The notes: generated by a model from the sequence alone, not told the origin. A DNA stretch of 64,000 nucleotides from Octopus vulgaris (GCA_951406725.2 OX597824.1:16740001-16804000); one strand, 5' to 3'; shown: positions 14,414 to 28,321, counted from the stretch's first letter. Program-made: numbers and translations.

Positions 14414-14898
14414 CATGCATACATATCGATGAAATCTATCTATTTCACCATATACACATATGCATATGCATATACATCTACACTTGGTATGTATGTCTGT
14501 ATACATGTATATATATATATGCATATATATGTATATTTTTATATGTACACACAGATGCACACACACATACACACACACACATCTATATATATAGGTGTGT
14601 ATATATATATATATATATGATGCACTTATGTTTACCTTCCTGCCTATCAGTGATTCCAGAACTCTATTATCCAACCGTGTTTTTTTGCGCGCGTGTGTGA
14701 ATGTGTGTGTGTGTGTGTGAAAGAGAGAGAGAGAGGGACATACGGAGAGAGAAAGAGAGAGAACGATAGATAGATAGATAGATATATAGATATATAGATG
14801 GATGAGTAAATAGAAAGTTAGATAGACACATAGGTAAACAGATATATAGAGTGAGAGAGAGAGCGAAGAGAGGGAGCGAGAGAGTCAAAGTGTGTGCT

Positions 14899-14935
<37 letters not shown>

Positions 14936-15150
14936 TTGTGTGTGTGCACTTGCGTGCGTGTTTACATATATCACTTAAGAACGAAGACATAGTAGCGACA
15001 TCTACTTTAAGATGGATGCTCTTTTAGTTGTATTTTTATTTATATCTGGAAAGTTACTATCATCTCAGTTGTTGTTAGTAGTAGTAGTAGTAGTATTAGT
15101 GGTGGTGGTGGTGGTGGTGGTGGTGGTGGTGGTAGTAGTAGTAGTAGTAT

Positions 15151-15181
<31 letters not shown>

Positions 15182-15188
15182 GGTGGTG

Positions 15189-15240
<52 letters not shown>

Positions 15241-15473
15241 TAGTAATAGTGGTAGTGGTAGGATTATGAACACGAGAAGGAGTCAGAGGAGGAGAGTAAG
15301 TGAACGAAGAAGTGGCGGCGTATTTGTATTTGCTGTAGTTTTCTGGAGATGACGATAGTAAGAATACACATTATTCTTCTTGCTGTAAATCTTGAATAAA
15401 GTGTTTATGAAAAAAGTTTCCATAACTATCAACGTCGTGAGTATATTGACGTTTTTTATGTTGTCGGTTTTAA

Positions 15474-16520
15474 TGCGGCGGGCTGGTAGAGTTGTTAGCA
15501 CGCCGGGCGAAATGCTTAGCGGTATTTCGTCTGCCACTACGTTCTTAGTTCAAACTCCGCCGAGGTCGACTTTGCCTTTCATCTTTCAAGGTCGATAAAT
15601 TAAGTACCAATTACGTATTAGGGTAGATTTAATCGACTGAGCACCCTCCCCAAAAATTTCGGGTCTTGAGCCTAGAGTAGAAAAGAATATTTTGAAAGGC
15701 GGTGAGCTGGCACAAACGTTAGCACGCTGGGAGAAATGCTCAGCGGTATTTCGTCTGCGTTACGTTGTGAGTTCAAATTCCGCCGAGGTCGACTTTACCT
15801 TTCATCTTTCAAGGTCGATAAATTAAGTACCAGTTACATATTAGGGTAGATTTAATCGACTGGGCCCCCTCCCCACAAATTTCGGGTCTTGAGCCTAGAG
15901 TAGAAAAGAATATTTTGAAAGGCGGTGAGCTGGCACAAACGTTAGCACGCTGGGCGAAATGCTTAGCGGTATTTCGTCTGCGTTACGTTGTGAGTTCAAA
16001 TTCCGCCGAGGTCGACTTTACCTTTCATCCTTTCGGGGTCGATAAATTAAGTACCAGTTACGCACTGGAGTCGATGTAATCGACTTAATACCTATGTCTG
16101 TCCTTGTTTGTCCCCTCTGTGTTTAGCCCCTTGTGGGTAATAAGGAAATAGGTATTTCGTCTGCCGCTACGTTCTGAGTTCAAATTCCGCCGAGGTCGAC
16201 CTTACCTTTCATCCTTTCGGGGTCGATAAATTAAGTACCAGTTACTCACTGGGGTCGATGTAATCGACTTAATACCTATGTCTGTCCTTGTTTGTCCCCT
16301 CTGTGTTTAGCCCCTTGTGGGTAATAAAGAAATAGGTATTTCGTCAGTCTTTACGTTCTGAGTTCAAATTCCACCGAACTCGACTTTGTTTTTCATCCTT
16401 TCGGGTTCGAAAATCAAGTACCAGTTGAGCACTGCGGTCGATGAAATCGACTTAATCCCTTTGTCTCTCCTTGTTTGTCCTCTCTGTGTTTAGCCCCTTG
16501 TGGGTAATAATAAAAGTAGG
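15474..16520 (+). mobile_element. Tandem array of five family B SINE units with two tail types
   Basis: GTTCAAATTCCGCCGAGGTCGACTTT.CCTTTCATC-like core recurs five times. Units 1-2 end ...CCTAGAGTAGAAAAGAAT; units 3-5 end ...GCCCCTTGTGGGTAATAA. Confidence 0.9.
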
Positions 16521-16642
16521 TATGTTCGAGATTTTGATTGTAAGATTAATCTTGTTTATGCAAATGGTTATCGCCATATCTTTATGACTTCCTTCATTAT
16601 GACAACAATATTCAGGGTCAATTCGTAGTGACAGTGGCTATA

Positions 16643-16771
16643 GGGGCAGGAGTGGCTGTGTGGTGAGAAGCTTGCTTCCCAACCACATGGTTCCGGGTTC
16701 AGTTCCGCTGCGTGGCACCTTGTTCAAAGACTTAAGAATGGATTTGGAAGACGGAAACTGAAAGAAGCCCG

Positions 16772-16780
<9 letters not shown>
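16643..16780 (+). mobile_element. SINE family C, 5' half
   Basis: GGCAGGAGTGGCTGTGTGGT head, GGTTCAGTTCC B-box-like motif. Confidence 0.85.
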
Positions 16781-16810
<30 letters not shown>

Positions 16811-16815
16811 TTTTC

Positions 16816-16897
16816 TCGGTGGCCGGGTAACTGTTGAGATGGCGGCATGGGTTTCCACCTCGACATACGAAACTCGGAGTTTTATCATGGCTACCGA
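16816..16897 (+). ncRNA. Type I hammerhead ribozyme-like motif with one core mutation
   Basis: Stem I TCGGTGGCCGGGTAA / TTATCATGGCTACCGA; core CTGTTGA (16831-16837, A6 to U); GAAA 16869-16872; stem III CTC/GAG; UH = TT. Confidence 0.6.
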
Positions 16898-16991
16898 ATA
16901 ATTGTCACATTTACAGATGAATTTACAGATGAATTGCTCTATTTATATAATATCGAGGTCACTTTAATTCTTTTGTTGTCTTACCATTTCT

Positions 16992-17040
<49 letters not shown>

Positions 17041-17044
17041 TTTT

Positions 17045-17264
17045 TGTACTTGTTTCAGTCATTTGACTGCGGCCATGCTGGAGCACCGCCTTTTTAGAGT
17101 GGTGAAAGAGTACAGCAGGGATCACCACCTCCCTGCCGGAGCCTCGTGGAGCTTTTAGGTGTTTTTTTCGCTCAATAAACACACACAACGCCCGGTCTGG
17201 GAATCGAAACCGCGATCCTCCGACCGCAAGTCCGCTGCCCTAACCACTAGGCCATTGCGCCTCC
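17045..17264 (-). mobile_element. Family A 5' half joined to a family C tail
   Basis: 17097-17264 matches family A head/body; 17045-17095 matches family C tail; both on the minus strand. Confidence 0.8.
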
Positions 17265-17368
17265 ATATATATATGTATATATATACATATATACACAAAC
17301 ATACATATATATATACATACATAAATATACATATACATATACATACATACATAAATATACATATACAT

Positions 17369-17401
<33 letters not shown>

Positions 17402-17460
17402 TATATACATATATACACAAACATACATATATATAGACATACATAAATATACACATACAT

Positions 17461-17533
<73 letters not shown>

Positions 17534-17534
17534 T

Positions 17535-17905
17535 GTGTCTGTGTGTCACTTGACAGCCGATGCTGGTGTCTTTAATCCCCGTAACTTCTAAGAGAGATAG
17601 AAATACTAGGCTTACAAATAATAAGTTCTGGGGTCGACTTGTTCGACTAAAGGCTTTGTTCCAGCATGTCCGTTGTCAAATGACTGAAACAACGAAAAGA
17701 ATAAATGAGTAAGCCGGACAAAATGCTTAATGAGCATTTCGTCCGTCTTTACGTTCTGAGCTCAAAATCCGCCGCGGTCGATTTCGCATTTCAACCCTGC
17801 GGTGGTTCGTTAAATTGAGTAGCTGCTGGACACTGGAATCGATGCAATCGACTTAACAGCTTCCCCGAAAATGGTGGCCTTGTGCCAAAAATTTGAAACT
17901 AATAT
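17535..17905 (+). mobile_element. Diverged family C 3' half followed by diverged family B copy
   Basis: Similarity to other copies in this window. Confidence 0.7.
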
Positions 17906-18762
17906 TCATGTCAATATGTTCGCAACTGTTGCTGTTATAGAAAATAGTGACAATGTGAGGAGGAGCAGAATAAAGAGGAAGGAGGAGGAGGAGGAGGAGG
18001 AAGAGGATGCTTCAGTTCGTGTTTGTTGTGTTGTTAATGTTACTGGTAACTACAAGGATGATTGTGGCACTGGTGCCATAATTTTTGCATCGGTGCCACA
18101 ATTTTGGCACTGGTGTTTATGATGATGATGATGAGAACGATAATGACGATGGTGGTTGTGATTTGGTTATTACTTGCTCTTTTGGGATTCAAATTCATGA
18201 GAATAAGAAGGCCTCGTTAAAAGTACTGGAGACGCCAGGTTCTGGTTTTAGTATGGGACACGGATTAAGTCTACCTCACAGTTAAATTATGGCAGGACTT
18301 GAAATATGAACACAAAGAATCTGAACGAATGCAATCCATGATCTTACACATCCGCCACTCACTTACACTGGATTGCTATTATGTTTTATTGAAGCCCAAA
18401 ATATAATGAAATGTGATGTTGGCATCGATAGGATTTGAACTCAGAGAGAAGAACTTCTAGTTTGGAGTATTCTATCCCAAGATCCGACTACGACGGTTCA
18501 CCACCTATGAGTGACAGGAGTGACAGTTTATATTAATACACTACATTATATTAATACATCAATATAATATATTAATATATTAATATATATTGATATATTA
18601 ATATATTAATATATATTAATATATTAATACACTACATTAGTTTTTTGAAAGTAATTTTACTGGTATTTCGCAACCGTTTGATTATTTGGATGCTTATATT
18701 TCTAGTCTTGCATGGTAGTTGGTAGTTTGACAGTTCAGAGATAATGTACATTCCTGAAAGTA

Positions 18763-19218
18763 GGATCTTTACCCTTTGAACAGCAGATCGATAGATTAAT
18801 TTTTTTGTAACTAAACACGTTCAAACTTCGGTCTCTGGTAGAATGTGTCATATAAAACATCTTTTACTCTTAGTGTTGTTGAGAAAAGTTTGTATTTTCA
18901 AAATTATTTCGTGTTAAAGTTCAATGACGTGTATTTAGCTGAACAAAATTACTGCTGTTGTTTGACAACAACTTCCGGCGGTGTATATTTCGATTGTCAC
19001 TGTTATATATGACCTCGTTCGTTCGTTTGTGATGGTTTTAGCTTTAGGGTTTTAGGGTTAGGGTTTTAGAGTTAGGGTTAGGGTTAAGGTTGGGGTTTTA
19101 GGGTTACACTAAGAGTAAACGATGTTTCATATGACACATTCTACCAGTGTCCGAAGTTTGAAAGTGTTTAGTTACAAAAAATTAATTTCTCGATCTGCCG
19201 TTCAAAGGGTACAGATCC
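18763..19218. mobile_element. Non-autonomous DNA transposon, about 110-bp TIRs, 8-bp TSD, internal TTAGGG-like repeats
   Basis: Starts GGATC, ends GATCC; long imperfect TIRs; TSD TGAAAGTA at 18755-18762 and 19219-19226; TTAGGG-like run at about 19043-19105. Confidence 0.88.
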
Positions 19219-19890
19219 TGAAAGTATTACAAATGTGGGTGTAATTTTTCGTATATTAACTGGCATATGGCGTACAAGCTGCGAGTGTGGCAAAACGGCG
19301 GAGCATCAGCATGGTCGCAGCTCTGAGCTGAAACTAGAGAGAAAAAAAAAACCTTCTGTTGACGCAGGGCAGCCTGCGAGTCACCTTGGTCAAGAGCTCA
19401 ACCAATGCCTGTTGCTTCTACTTTTACTTGGAATCCATTTTTGCCTGCAATGAAGAACATACCTGAAGGGGTAAATATCATTACTCCGCACCCCTGTAAA
19501 AATATATTTTGTCAACGTATGCAAAGGTTATGCTATATGTAAGAGTTTTGCAAAATAAGACTAATTCAACTGATTCCTCTTAAGCATGAGAAATGAGAGC
19601 GAAGTTGATGGAAATTGGCGGCTTGGCTTCACAAATAAAGATTCATAAAACGATCTGGTTCCGTTGGTTTCAGGCTCGTAGTTGTTTAATTAATTCGGCG
19701 TGAGATGTGTAGGCGAGGCATTGGGCCTTGATCAGTTGTGAGTTGTTTGAGTTTCGAAAATGAGTGCACCAGTAATTGTGTTTCACAAAATTAAGTTGCT
19801 TTTAATGTTCAAAATTTGCCCGACACCATGGCACAACAAGAATGATTATACGAAAGTGAATTTCGTTTCTTTTCTTATTAATAAAGAGTA

Positions 19891-20402
19891 CCGTAAATCC
19901 TCGAGTATAGTCAGCCTTTCTGTATAATATGCAGGGGACTTTCAGGGGGTTGTACCTCTGAAAAAGCTAAACCTTGTGTATAATACACACCTCTTCTCTA
20001 ACTTGAGTCAAGGAAGTCTATATAACGTCCTTGATTTGTAAAAATGTTTATGGCAACGTCCATTATTATTATTGCATATATAATATAATGCAAACGTGTA
20101 GCTATTTTGTTTGCAGAAAATAAAGAAATAATAGTAATAACAGTAATAACGTTTAGTAAATGTTGCTTATTGCAAGTTATGGACGATTCTTTTATGACTT
20201 CATTGCTTTCAGGCTTAGCTTAAGGTATTTCCGCGCCCGACATCACAAAATGCGTCTGAATAAACTTTGCCGGACAGCAAAATAGAGACTCGGACATTGC
20301 TTAGAAAATATTTTTCATTTTTAACCTCGTATATAGTACGCACTAGGGATTTTGATCTTTAAATTTTGGGGAAAAATACGGATTATACTCGAGGATTTAC
20401 GG
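19891..20402. mobile_element. MITE of pogo/Tigger (Tc1/mariner) type with TA TSD
   Basis: TA-CCGTAAATCCTCGAGTATA ... TATACTCGAGGATTTACGG-TA terminal inverted repeats. Confidence 0.88.
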
Positions 20403-23204
20403 TAAGCGCAAAGCAAAACTTTTGCCTAATATTTTATGATGAGACACCGTTGGTATGTATCTGCTTAAGATGCTTTGATATAAAACGACTAAAAATTGAT
20501 GTCAGCTAAAGCTATACGATGTTTTTGTTATTGAGGTTGTATGGTTAAAATACAAGAAGTTGTAAATAAATCCGTAAAACCTGTACATGAAAGGTACCTC
20601 AATATAATTCCATTTTATGACAAAGTGGAATTTAGCGATTTTTGTTTATCTAGAGAATCTAGAAAATATCTTGGGGCGTGGTATATAAAGATAAGTTTTA
20701 CAAATTCACTAGAAGGATAGATATACCCTGGTTTATAATATTGATTAGTAATTTAGTTATTGAAAGAATGAATATAAGCTAGAGATCATCAAAAGACGAT
20801 TGTGATTAGTCGTTACGAAAAAATGAGAAAAAATATATGACGGAAAAAATTAATTAAATCAAACCATAAAATATAATTTTCTTTAGAAACCAAATATCAG
20901 CGTTTAATAGTAAAAGCGCCAAGTGCCGTGAAAGTAGAGGAAAGCTAAATTTTGTGCTGCGTTTGAAATATTTCCCTTTATTTTATACCTCTTGAGAAAA
21001 AGCTTGAACATCACACGTTCAATATATTCTCTCTCGTATAAATCTCAGTCCTTTTGCTTATGTAAAATAGCATTTACATGAAAGGAGATATAATGAATTG
21101 ATGTAAAAATATAACACGTTTCAGATTACATAAACAGCCGACACTATTCAACAGAGTGTAGAATATTGCAACGAATAAATTGGTGTAAAACATTTGTAGT
21201 AAATAAAAAAGGATAAAAAAAACAACAGTCTATTTAACACGGTTAAAATATTTTGCTTGGCTGTTAATAACTTCCTGAGTGAAAGAGTCAATCTGAAAGT
21301 GTTCTACTCTAAAACTTAGAGACTATTGAACGAATACTTAACTTAGAGTCGAAGCTAATCAAAACATTCCATTCACTAATACCAACACTATGACAGTAAT
21401 ATAGAAAGAATAGATTTATTGGTTAGCATGGCGAGGTTTTAGTGTCGATTGAGGACGTATTACTTACAGGGAAATATTTCACTCAATTCAGTGAATCAAT
21501 ATGGCGACAAATGAATTAGACTTTGAAAAGGAGAAGCAAAAAACAAATCGATTTTACAGTGACTAAATATATATACAAAGATACGCACCTTACATACATA
21601 CTAACCTAAGCACCTATGCACGTTTTCCCAGAAGTACACACACGTATGTGTATGTATAAATATATGTTCATATATGCTTATATATATGTATATACGTATA
21701 CATACATATACATAAGCACACACACGCACACACACACATATATATATATATTTATATGTATATATGTATATGTAGACATATATATATATATATTATGTAT
21801 ACATACGCATGTATATATGTATATATATATTGTATACAAATATATATATATATATATATACAATATATATACAAATATACACACATATAAAAAATATATA
21901 TATGTATATATATATATATATAAATGTATATATTTACATGTCTTTGTGACGGTATATGTAAATAGCAGTATGTGTATCACACATACACTTTGTGCGTTCG
22001 AGTGCGTTTGTGTGTGAGTGCGTGCGTGCGTGCGTGTGTGCGTGTTTGTGTCTGTGTGAGTGTAACACAGTTTCTTTGCCTGCGAACATATTTTGGATCA
22101 ATGCCAGACTTCAGATACTACTTTTCCAATACCACTGTTTGTTATCTTTAGAATATATTTTTTTCTCTTTCTGTTTCTTTTTATTTCTGTTTTAATGTTT
22201 TAATCTAATTCAGAGTTTTTTTTTTTTTTTTTTTTGAACTGAAAATGTACGAATTGCCATTAGACAGATGAAGAAATAGCGAAACAAAACAGATTAGCAT
22301 CAAAAATAGACTATAATAACTTGATAATTCGAAGACAGTTCGAATTCATATTTTCGGTACAGCATCGACAAACTGTAAATTGCAGATTCGGGAGAAGACC
22401 AGATGATAATTATGACAGCAATTACCTACATTCTTGTAAGTTGTGAGATTACATTTAGTTGGGGTCAGCCGTACTATTCCTTTTTCTGTAGGGTGTACAA
22501 GTTGTGTAGAGTAATCGATGAAGATGTCTGTGTGCTAAAACATTATATTTTTTTTTTTCACCAATGTAGGAAAAAAAATATAAATATTTGTCAGCCATCG
22601 TGTAGCAATATTGAAATATAACTATATAAAAACTTAAACACAGAAGGAAATTTTAATCAAATTATATCTAAAAATATTGTTGACAGATAAGATTTCAAAA
22701 CCTAAATCACTCGGAAGGAATCACGGAGAGGAAAAACGAAGAAATAAATTACACTGCTTTAAAATCATTCACTTGTCTCTTATCATAAAAGAAAATATGA
22801 AATTTACGAATTTCATAAATTTCCAAAGTTATGAAAGACTACATCATAATAAGATTACGACTTTCCGCACTGTTTATTTTATCGTTAGACACTGCATTTC
22901 AATATTTATATGCATTTTAGGATCAGATCGGTTCAAACACCGATCTGTGTATAATTCCAAAACAAATACGTATATTTTTAAACAGTAAATTGGAATGATT
23001 ACGAAAATGGAAAATACAATTTAAATTCTTTTATATTTGTAAAGAATTTAATAGTGCATATCATTTCTAACCACAATATATCTCAGACTTATAATCATTA
23101 ACAATAGAATATATTACAGAATATAACATACTGTGTGACTAAAAAGGATAACGTCAAGTCAAGATAAAAATCAAGAACTAACGATATTTGCATAAATGTA
23201 GGCG

Positions 23205-24600
23205 AAGGTATGGCTCTGGTTAAGAAGTGCGCTTTAAAGGTATGTGGTTTGGGTTTTATTCCCAACAGGTAAGACGGCGAGCTGGCAGAAACGTTAGCAC
23301 GCCGGGCGAAATGCATAGCCGTATTTCGTCAGCCGCAACGTTCTAAGTTCAAATTCCGCCGAGGTCGACTTTGCCTTTCGCCCTTTCGTGGTCGATAAAT
23401 TAAGAACCAGTTACGCACTGGGGTCGATATAAGTCTGTATTTAGCCCCTTGTGGGTAGTAAAGAAATGGAAATAGGTATTTCGTCTGTCATTACGTTCTG
23501 AGTTCAAATTCCGCCGAGGTGGACATTGCCTTTCATCTTTTCGGGGTCGATAAATAAAGTACCAGTTACGCACTGGGGTCGATGTAATCGACTTAATCCG
23601 TTTGTCTGTCCCTTTTTGTCCCATCTGTGTTTAGCTACTTGAAATACATTCCCAACAGGGGGCACCTTGGGCAAGTGTCTTCTATCATAGACCTAGAACA
23701 ATCAAAGTTTTGTGAGTGAAATTGGCAGATGTGACCGGTCTGAAAGCCCATCGCCCGGTCACGCGCGCGCGTGTGTGTATATGAGTATCTCTTTTGTTCT
23801 TTTACACTATTACTGGTTTCAGTCATTTGACTGTGGCCATGATCGAGCACCGCCTTTAGTAGAGAAAATTGTCCCCAGGACTTATTCTTTGGAAGCCTAG
23901 TACTTATTCTATCGTTCTGTTTTGCCGAACCGCTAAGTTACGGGGACGTAAACACACCAGCATCGGTTGTCAAGCGATGTTGGGGGAACAAACACAGACA
24001 CACAAACACATACACACACACACATACATAAATATATACATATATACGACGGGCTTCTTTCAGTTTCCGTCTACCGAATCCACTCAGAAGGCTTTGGTTG
24101 ACCCGAGGCTATAGTAGAAGACAGTTGCCCAAGGTGCCAAGCAGTGAGTACATGTATGTTTGTTTGCGTGTGTGTGTGCGCGCATGTGTGCGCACGCCTT
24201 TTTATTTGTCCACCGCTTGACAACCGGTTTTATTTTCTTTATGTCCCTGTATCTTAGCGGTTCAAAAATAAATAAATAAATAAATAAAAAGACTGAGCGA
24301 CTACATACCACGCTTTAACAGAGAAGTAAAACGACCGATTTGATCGAGCAAACACTACAGAATTGAGCCTACAGCATGACCAGGGTCCAATTACTGAAAC
24401 AAACAAAAATTCTCTTAAATGAACAAAATGGTTAAAACAATAATAAAATGTTTATACAAAGGCAGCAGTGGCTGTGTGGTAAGAAGCTTTGGGCAAGTGT
24501 CTTTTACTATAGCTTCAGGCCGACCAAAGCCTTGTCACTTGATTGGTAGACGGAAAAGGAAAGAAGCCCGTCGTATGTGTGTGTGTGTGTGTGTATGTAT
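23205..24600. mobile_element. Nested SINE cluster: family C head split by a family B dimer (23273-23635), then family C copies on both strands
   Basis: Similarity to full copies; minus-strand C at about 23795-24145; plus-strand C pieces at 23660-23790, 24150-24410 and 24460-24600. Confidence 0.8.
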
Positions 24601-24615
24601 ATATATATATATATA

Positions 24616-24824
24616 AAGTTAATCCAAACATGAAAACACAAAGAGAAAACACAACAACGCGAGGACGTGGAACAAATATAGTATTATTGGACGCTCAGGA
24701 AGGAAGGAAAGAAGGAGGGTTTAACGTTTCGAGCGGAGCTCTTCTTCGGAAACATAGGAGAAGGAAAGATCCAGAGAAGGGAAGACAGAGGAAAAAAATC
24801 GCCAACGGTACACACGCGGTCACA

Positions 24825-24826
<2 letters not shown>
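24616..24826 (-). mobile_element. (TA)n-embedded short element with minimal hammerhead motif (family H1), Penelope-like end
   Basis: Same family as 42119-42299 and 52826-53033. Minus strand GTTT-CCGAAGA-A-GAGC-TCC-GCTC-GAAA-CGTT-AAAC at 24719-24753. Confidence 0.7.
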
Positions 24827-24899
<73 letters not shown>

Positions 24900-25089
24900 A
24901 ATATATAAGTTCATCAAAATTTAGATTCAAATGAATATGGTACTTAGATTAGATGCGCCAGAATTTTGTATGGTGTTATCTATATAAATCCATGGGGTGA
25001 TTATAATCAAAATAAGTAACAAGAATATCTTCGGTACCAAATTACCGAAGACATTCTTGTTGCTTATTTTTATTATATATATATACATA

Positions 25090-25325
25090 TATATGTATGT
25101 ATGTGTGTGTGTGTTTGTGAGTGTGTCTGTGTGTGTGTCTGTGTTTGTCCCCACTCCCAGCACTGAGAACCGATGTTGGTGTGTTTACGTCCCCGTAACT
25201 TAGCGGCTCAGTAAAAGAAACCGACACAATAAGCACTAGGCTTATAAAAAAATAAGTCGTGGGGTCGATTTGTTTGACTAAAAGCGATGCTCCAGCATGG
25301 CTGCAGTGAAATGACTGAAACGATT
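25090..25325 (+). mobile_element. SINE family C, 3' half
   Basis: Microsatellite followed by GTGTTTACGTCCCCGTAACTTAGCGG...ATGACTGAAAC. Confidence 0.85.
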
Positions 25326-25405
25326 CACGGACTAAACAAATACTACAATACTTTGTTAGCGTTTAAAGCGCCTTGTAAATCAAAAAGAAAATGAGTAACT
25401 CCTTC

Positions 25406-25630
25406 TTACTCTTTTACTCTTTACTCTTTTACTTGTTTCAGTCATTTGACTGCGGCCATGCTGGAGCACCGCCTTTAGTCGACCAAATCGACCCCGGGAC
25501 TTATTCTTTGTAAGCCCAGTACTTATTCTATCGGTCTCTTTTGCCGAACCGCTAAGTGACGGGGACGTAAACACACCAGCATCGGTTGTCAAGCAATGCT
25601 AGGGGGACAAACACAGACACACAAACACAT

Positions 25631-25689
<59 letters not shown>

Positions 25690-25856
25690 TATATGACAGG
25701 CTTCTTTCAGTTTCCGTCTACCAAATCCACTCACAAGGCATTGGTCGGCCCGGGGCTATAGCAGAAGACATTTGCCCAAGACGCCACCCAGTGGGACTGA
25801 ACCCGGAACCATGTGGTTGGTTAGCAAGCTACCTACCACACAGCCACTCCTGCGCC
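25406..25856 (-). mobile_element. SINE family C, full length (tRNA head, CORE-like segment, internal TA/TG microsatellite, GTAAAAGA tail repeats)
   Basis: All modules present in order; CTTGGGCAA segment resembles the CORE-SINE domain (as in octopus OR2; exact family name not verified). Confidence 0.92.
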
Positions 25857-25979
25857 TATTTATTTAAGCCTAAAACGAATTACGATGTATGAATGGGATT
25901 TTAAAAAAATGATAAAACCGCATGAAAGAACGAAAGAGCTTTATATTCAGGTTCAATGACAAACATGTAAAATATTAAA

Positions 25980-26865
25980 CATTCTTTTCTACTCTAGGCA
26001 CAAGGCTCGAAATTTTGAGGGAGGGGGACCAGTCGATTAGATTGATCCCAGTACGCAACTGGTACTTAATTTATGGGCCCCGAAAGGACGAAGGGTAAAG
26101 TGGACCTCAGTGGAATTTGAACTCAGAACGTAAACCATATGTGGATACATTCTTTTCTATTCTAGGTACAAGGCTCGAAATTTTGAGGGAGGGGCCAGTG
26201 GATTAGATTGATCCCAGTACGCAACTGGTACTTAATTTATCGACCCCGAAAGGATGAAAGGTAAAATCGACCTCGGTGGAGTTTGAACTCACAACGTAAA
26301 CTATATGTGTATATATTCTTTTCTACTCTAGGCACAAGGCCCGAAAATTTTTTTGGGGGGGGTGGGGTGCCAGTCGATTAGATCGACCCCAGTACGCAAT
26401 TGGTACTTAATATATCGACCCCGAAAGGATGAAAGGTAAAATCGACCTCGGTGGAGTTTGAACTCAGAACGTAAACCACATATGGATATATTCTTTTCTA
26501 CTCTAGGCACAAGGCTCAAAATTTTGAGAGAGGGGGCCAGTGGATTAGATTGATCCCAGTACGCAACTGGTACTTAATTTATCGACCCCGAAAGGATGAA
26601 AGGTAAAGTCGACCTCGGCGGAGTTTGAACTCAGAACGTAAACTATATGTGTATATATTCTTTTCTACTCTAGGCACAAGGCCCGAAATTTTTTTTTTGG
26701 GGGGGGGTGCCAGTCGATTAGATCGACCCCAGTTCGCAACTGGTACTTAATATATCGACCCCGAAAGGATGAAAGGTAAAATCGACCTCGGCGGAGTTTG
26801 AACTCAGAACGTAAACCACATGTGGATATATTCTTTTCTACTCTAGGCACAATGCTCGAAATTTT
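25980..26865 (-). mobile_element. Tandem array of about five head-truncated family B units
   Basis: ATTCTTTTCTA.TCTAGG.ACAA recurs at about 25981, 26149, 26316, 26490, 26657 and 26830 (last one partial). Confidence 0.9.
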
Positions 26866-27010
26866 CGTCCCCATAACTTAGCGCTCCGACAAAAGGGACG
26901 AATAGAATAAGTACTAGGCATACAAAGAATAAGTCCTGGAGTCGATTTGCTCGACTAAAGGCGGTGCTCCAGCGTGGCGGCAGTCAAATGACTGAAATAA
27001 GTAAAAGAGA
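26866..27010 (+). mobile_element. SINE family C, 3' end
   Basis: Matches tail of full copies. Confidence 0.85.
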
Positions 27011-28049
27011 GATATACTCATATATACACACATAGATGCATCTAACTAAGTGTGTATATGTGTGTTTTTAAACAAAATTTTTTTATCAATTCTAGAATGA
27101 TATATACAATAAAGTTGAGGTTGCTGTGATTTGAACTGAAAATGTATCAAATAATATTTTATACGTCGACTTACCAATCCTGCCAGCTACCACTGTTTCG
27201 TTCCTAATAATAACAACAGTAATGTGTTAAAATTGGATTTTCGGGATAGAAACATGGTGTGAGTTAGCTGGAATGTTCACATGGGATCATTAGAATCAGA
27301 TCTATTTTTTATTATTTTACATTCCAAAATTTTGTTTTACGTTTTTTTCATATCAGTTACTCCGTGAAAAAAAAAAAAAGTTAATTGGTCTATTTATATA
27401 AATACTGTTTGATTGAATTTTCTTTTTACCCTTAATAATATCATTTATATCTTTATTTACTTCATATCCTTTTTTTCATGATTTGATATTATTTTTACCA
27501 AATAACAAATAATATCATGAAATAGATTATGAGATCTTAGAAAAAAACATTCATAAGCTCTGGAGTCAAAAAACAAATAGTTTAACGTACCTTTATAATT
27601 TTATATATGTTTTCTTATATTTAAAATGAATTTTTTTTCTATTAGATCAATGTGTGAACTTTGTTTTCTCAATTAATTATTTCTATATTGCAATAACATT
27701 CACCTGATCTTTGTTTCGTCATACTGAAAAGAGAGTCCTGGTATCAATGCGTTAAGTAATCAGAACAAATACGTGCGGCAACAAAAAAAAACACAAAAAA
27801 AATGTAACACAGAAAAGTAGAAAAAAATCATATCAAAAATAAAGTGCGTGAAGCATCATCCATCAAATATACATATATACATACGGACATAGGGAAGTAT
27901 TAAAAACAGAAATCAATAATAATGATGATGTTAAGAAAAACAACAACAACAGCAACAACAACAACGGCAATAACAATAATAATAATAATTATAATAATAA
28001 CAATAGAAATAATAATAACGACTTTCACAATGATGATGATTATAGTGTT

Positions 28050-28094
<45 letters not shown>

Positions 28095-28321
28095 ACACGC
28101 ATGCATATAAGTATATATATATATATATATCTCTCTATATATAGGTAATATATATATAGGTATGTAAGTATATATATGTGTGTGTGTGTGTATATGTATA
28201 CATACATACGCATATATATATATATGTATATATATACATATATATATACATATACTTGTATACATACTTATGTATATATATATGAATATATATATATATA
28301 TATATATATGCATCCATCCAT

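Noticed and set aside
15010-15066. Imperfect pre-miRNA-sized hairpin (AGATGG...CATCT)
   Set aside because: Several mismatches/bulges and no recognisable family; not supportable without small-RNA data.
19043-19105. TTAGGG-like repeats as a telomere or fusion scar
   Set aside because: Internal to a TIR element with TSD.
21468-21520. Minus-strand segment with good acceptor and GTAAGT donor
   Set aside because: Stops in all three frames; could only be a non-coding exon, with no further support.
22386-22435. Plus-strand 50-nt AG...GTAAGT mini-exon candidate
   Set aside because: Weak pyrimidine tract, unrecognisable peptide, expected by chance.
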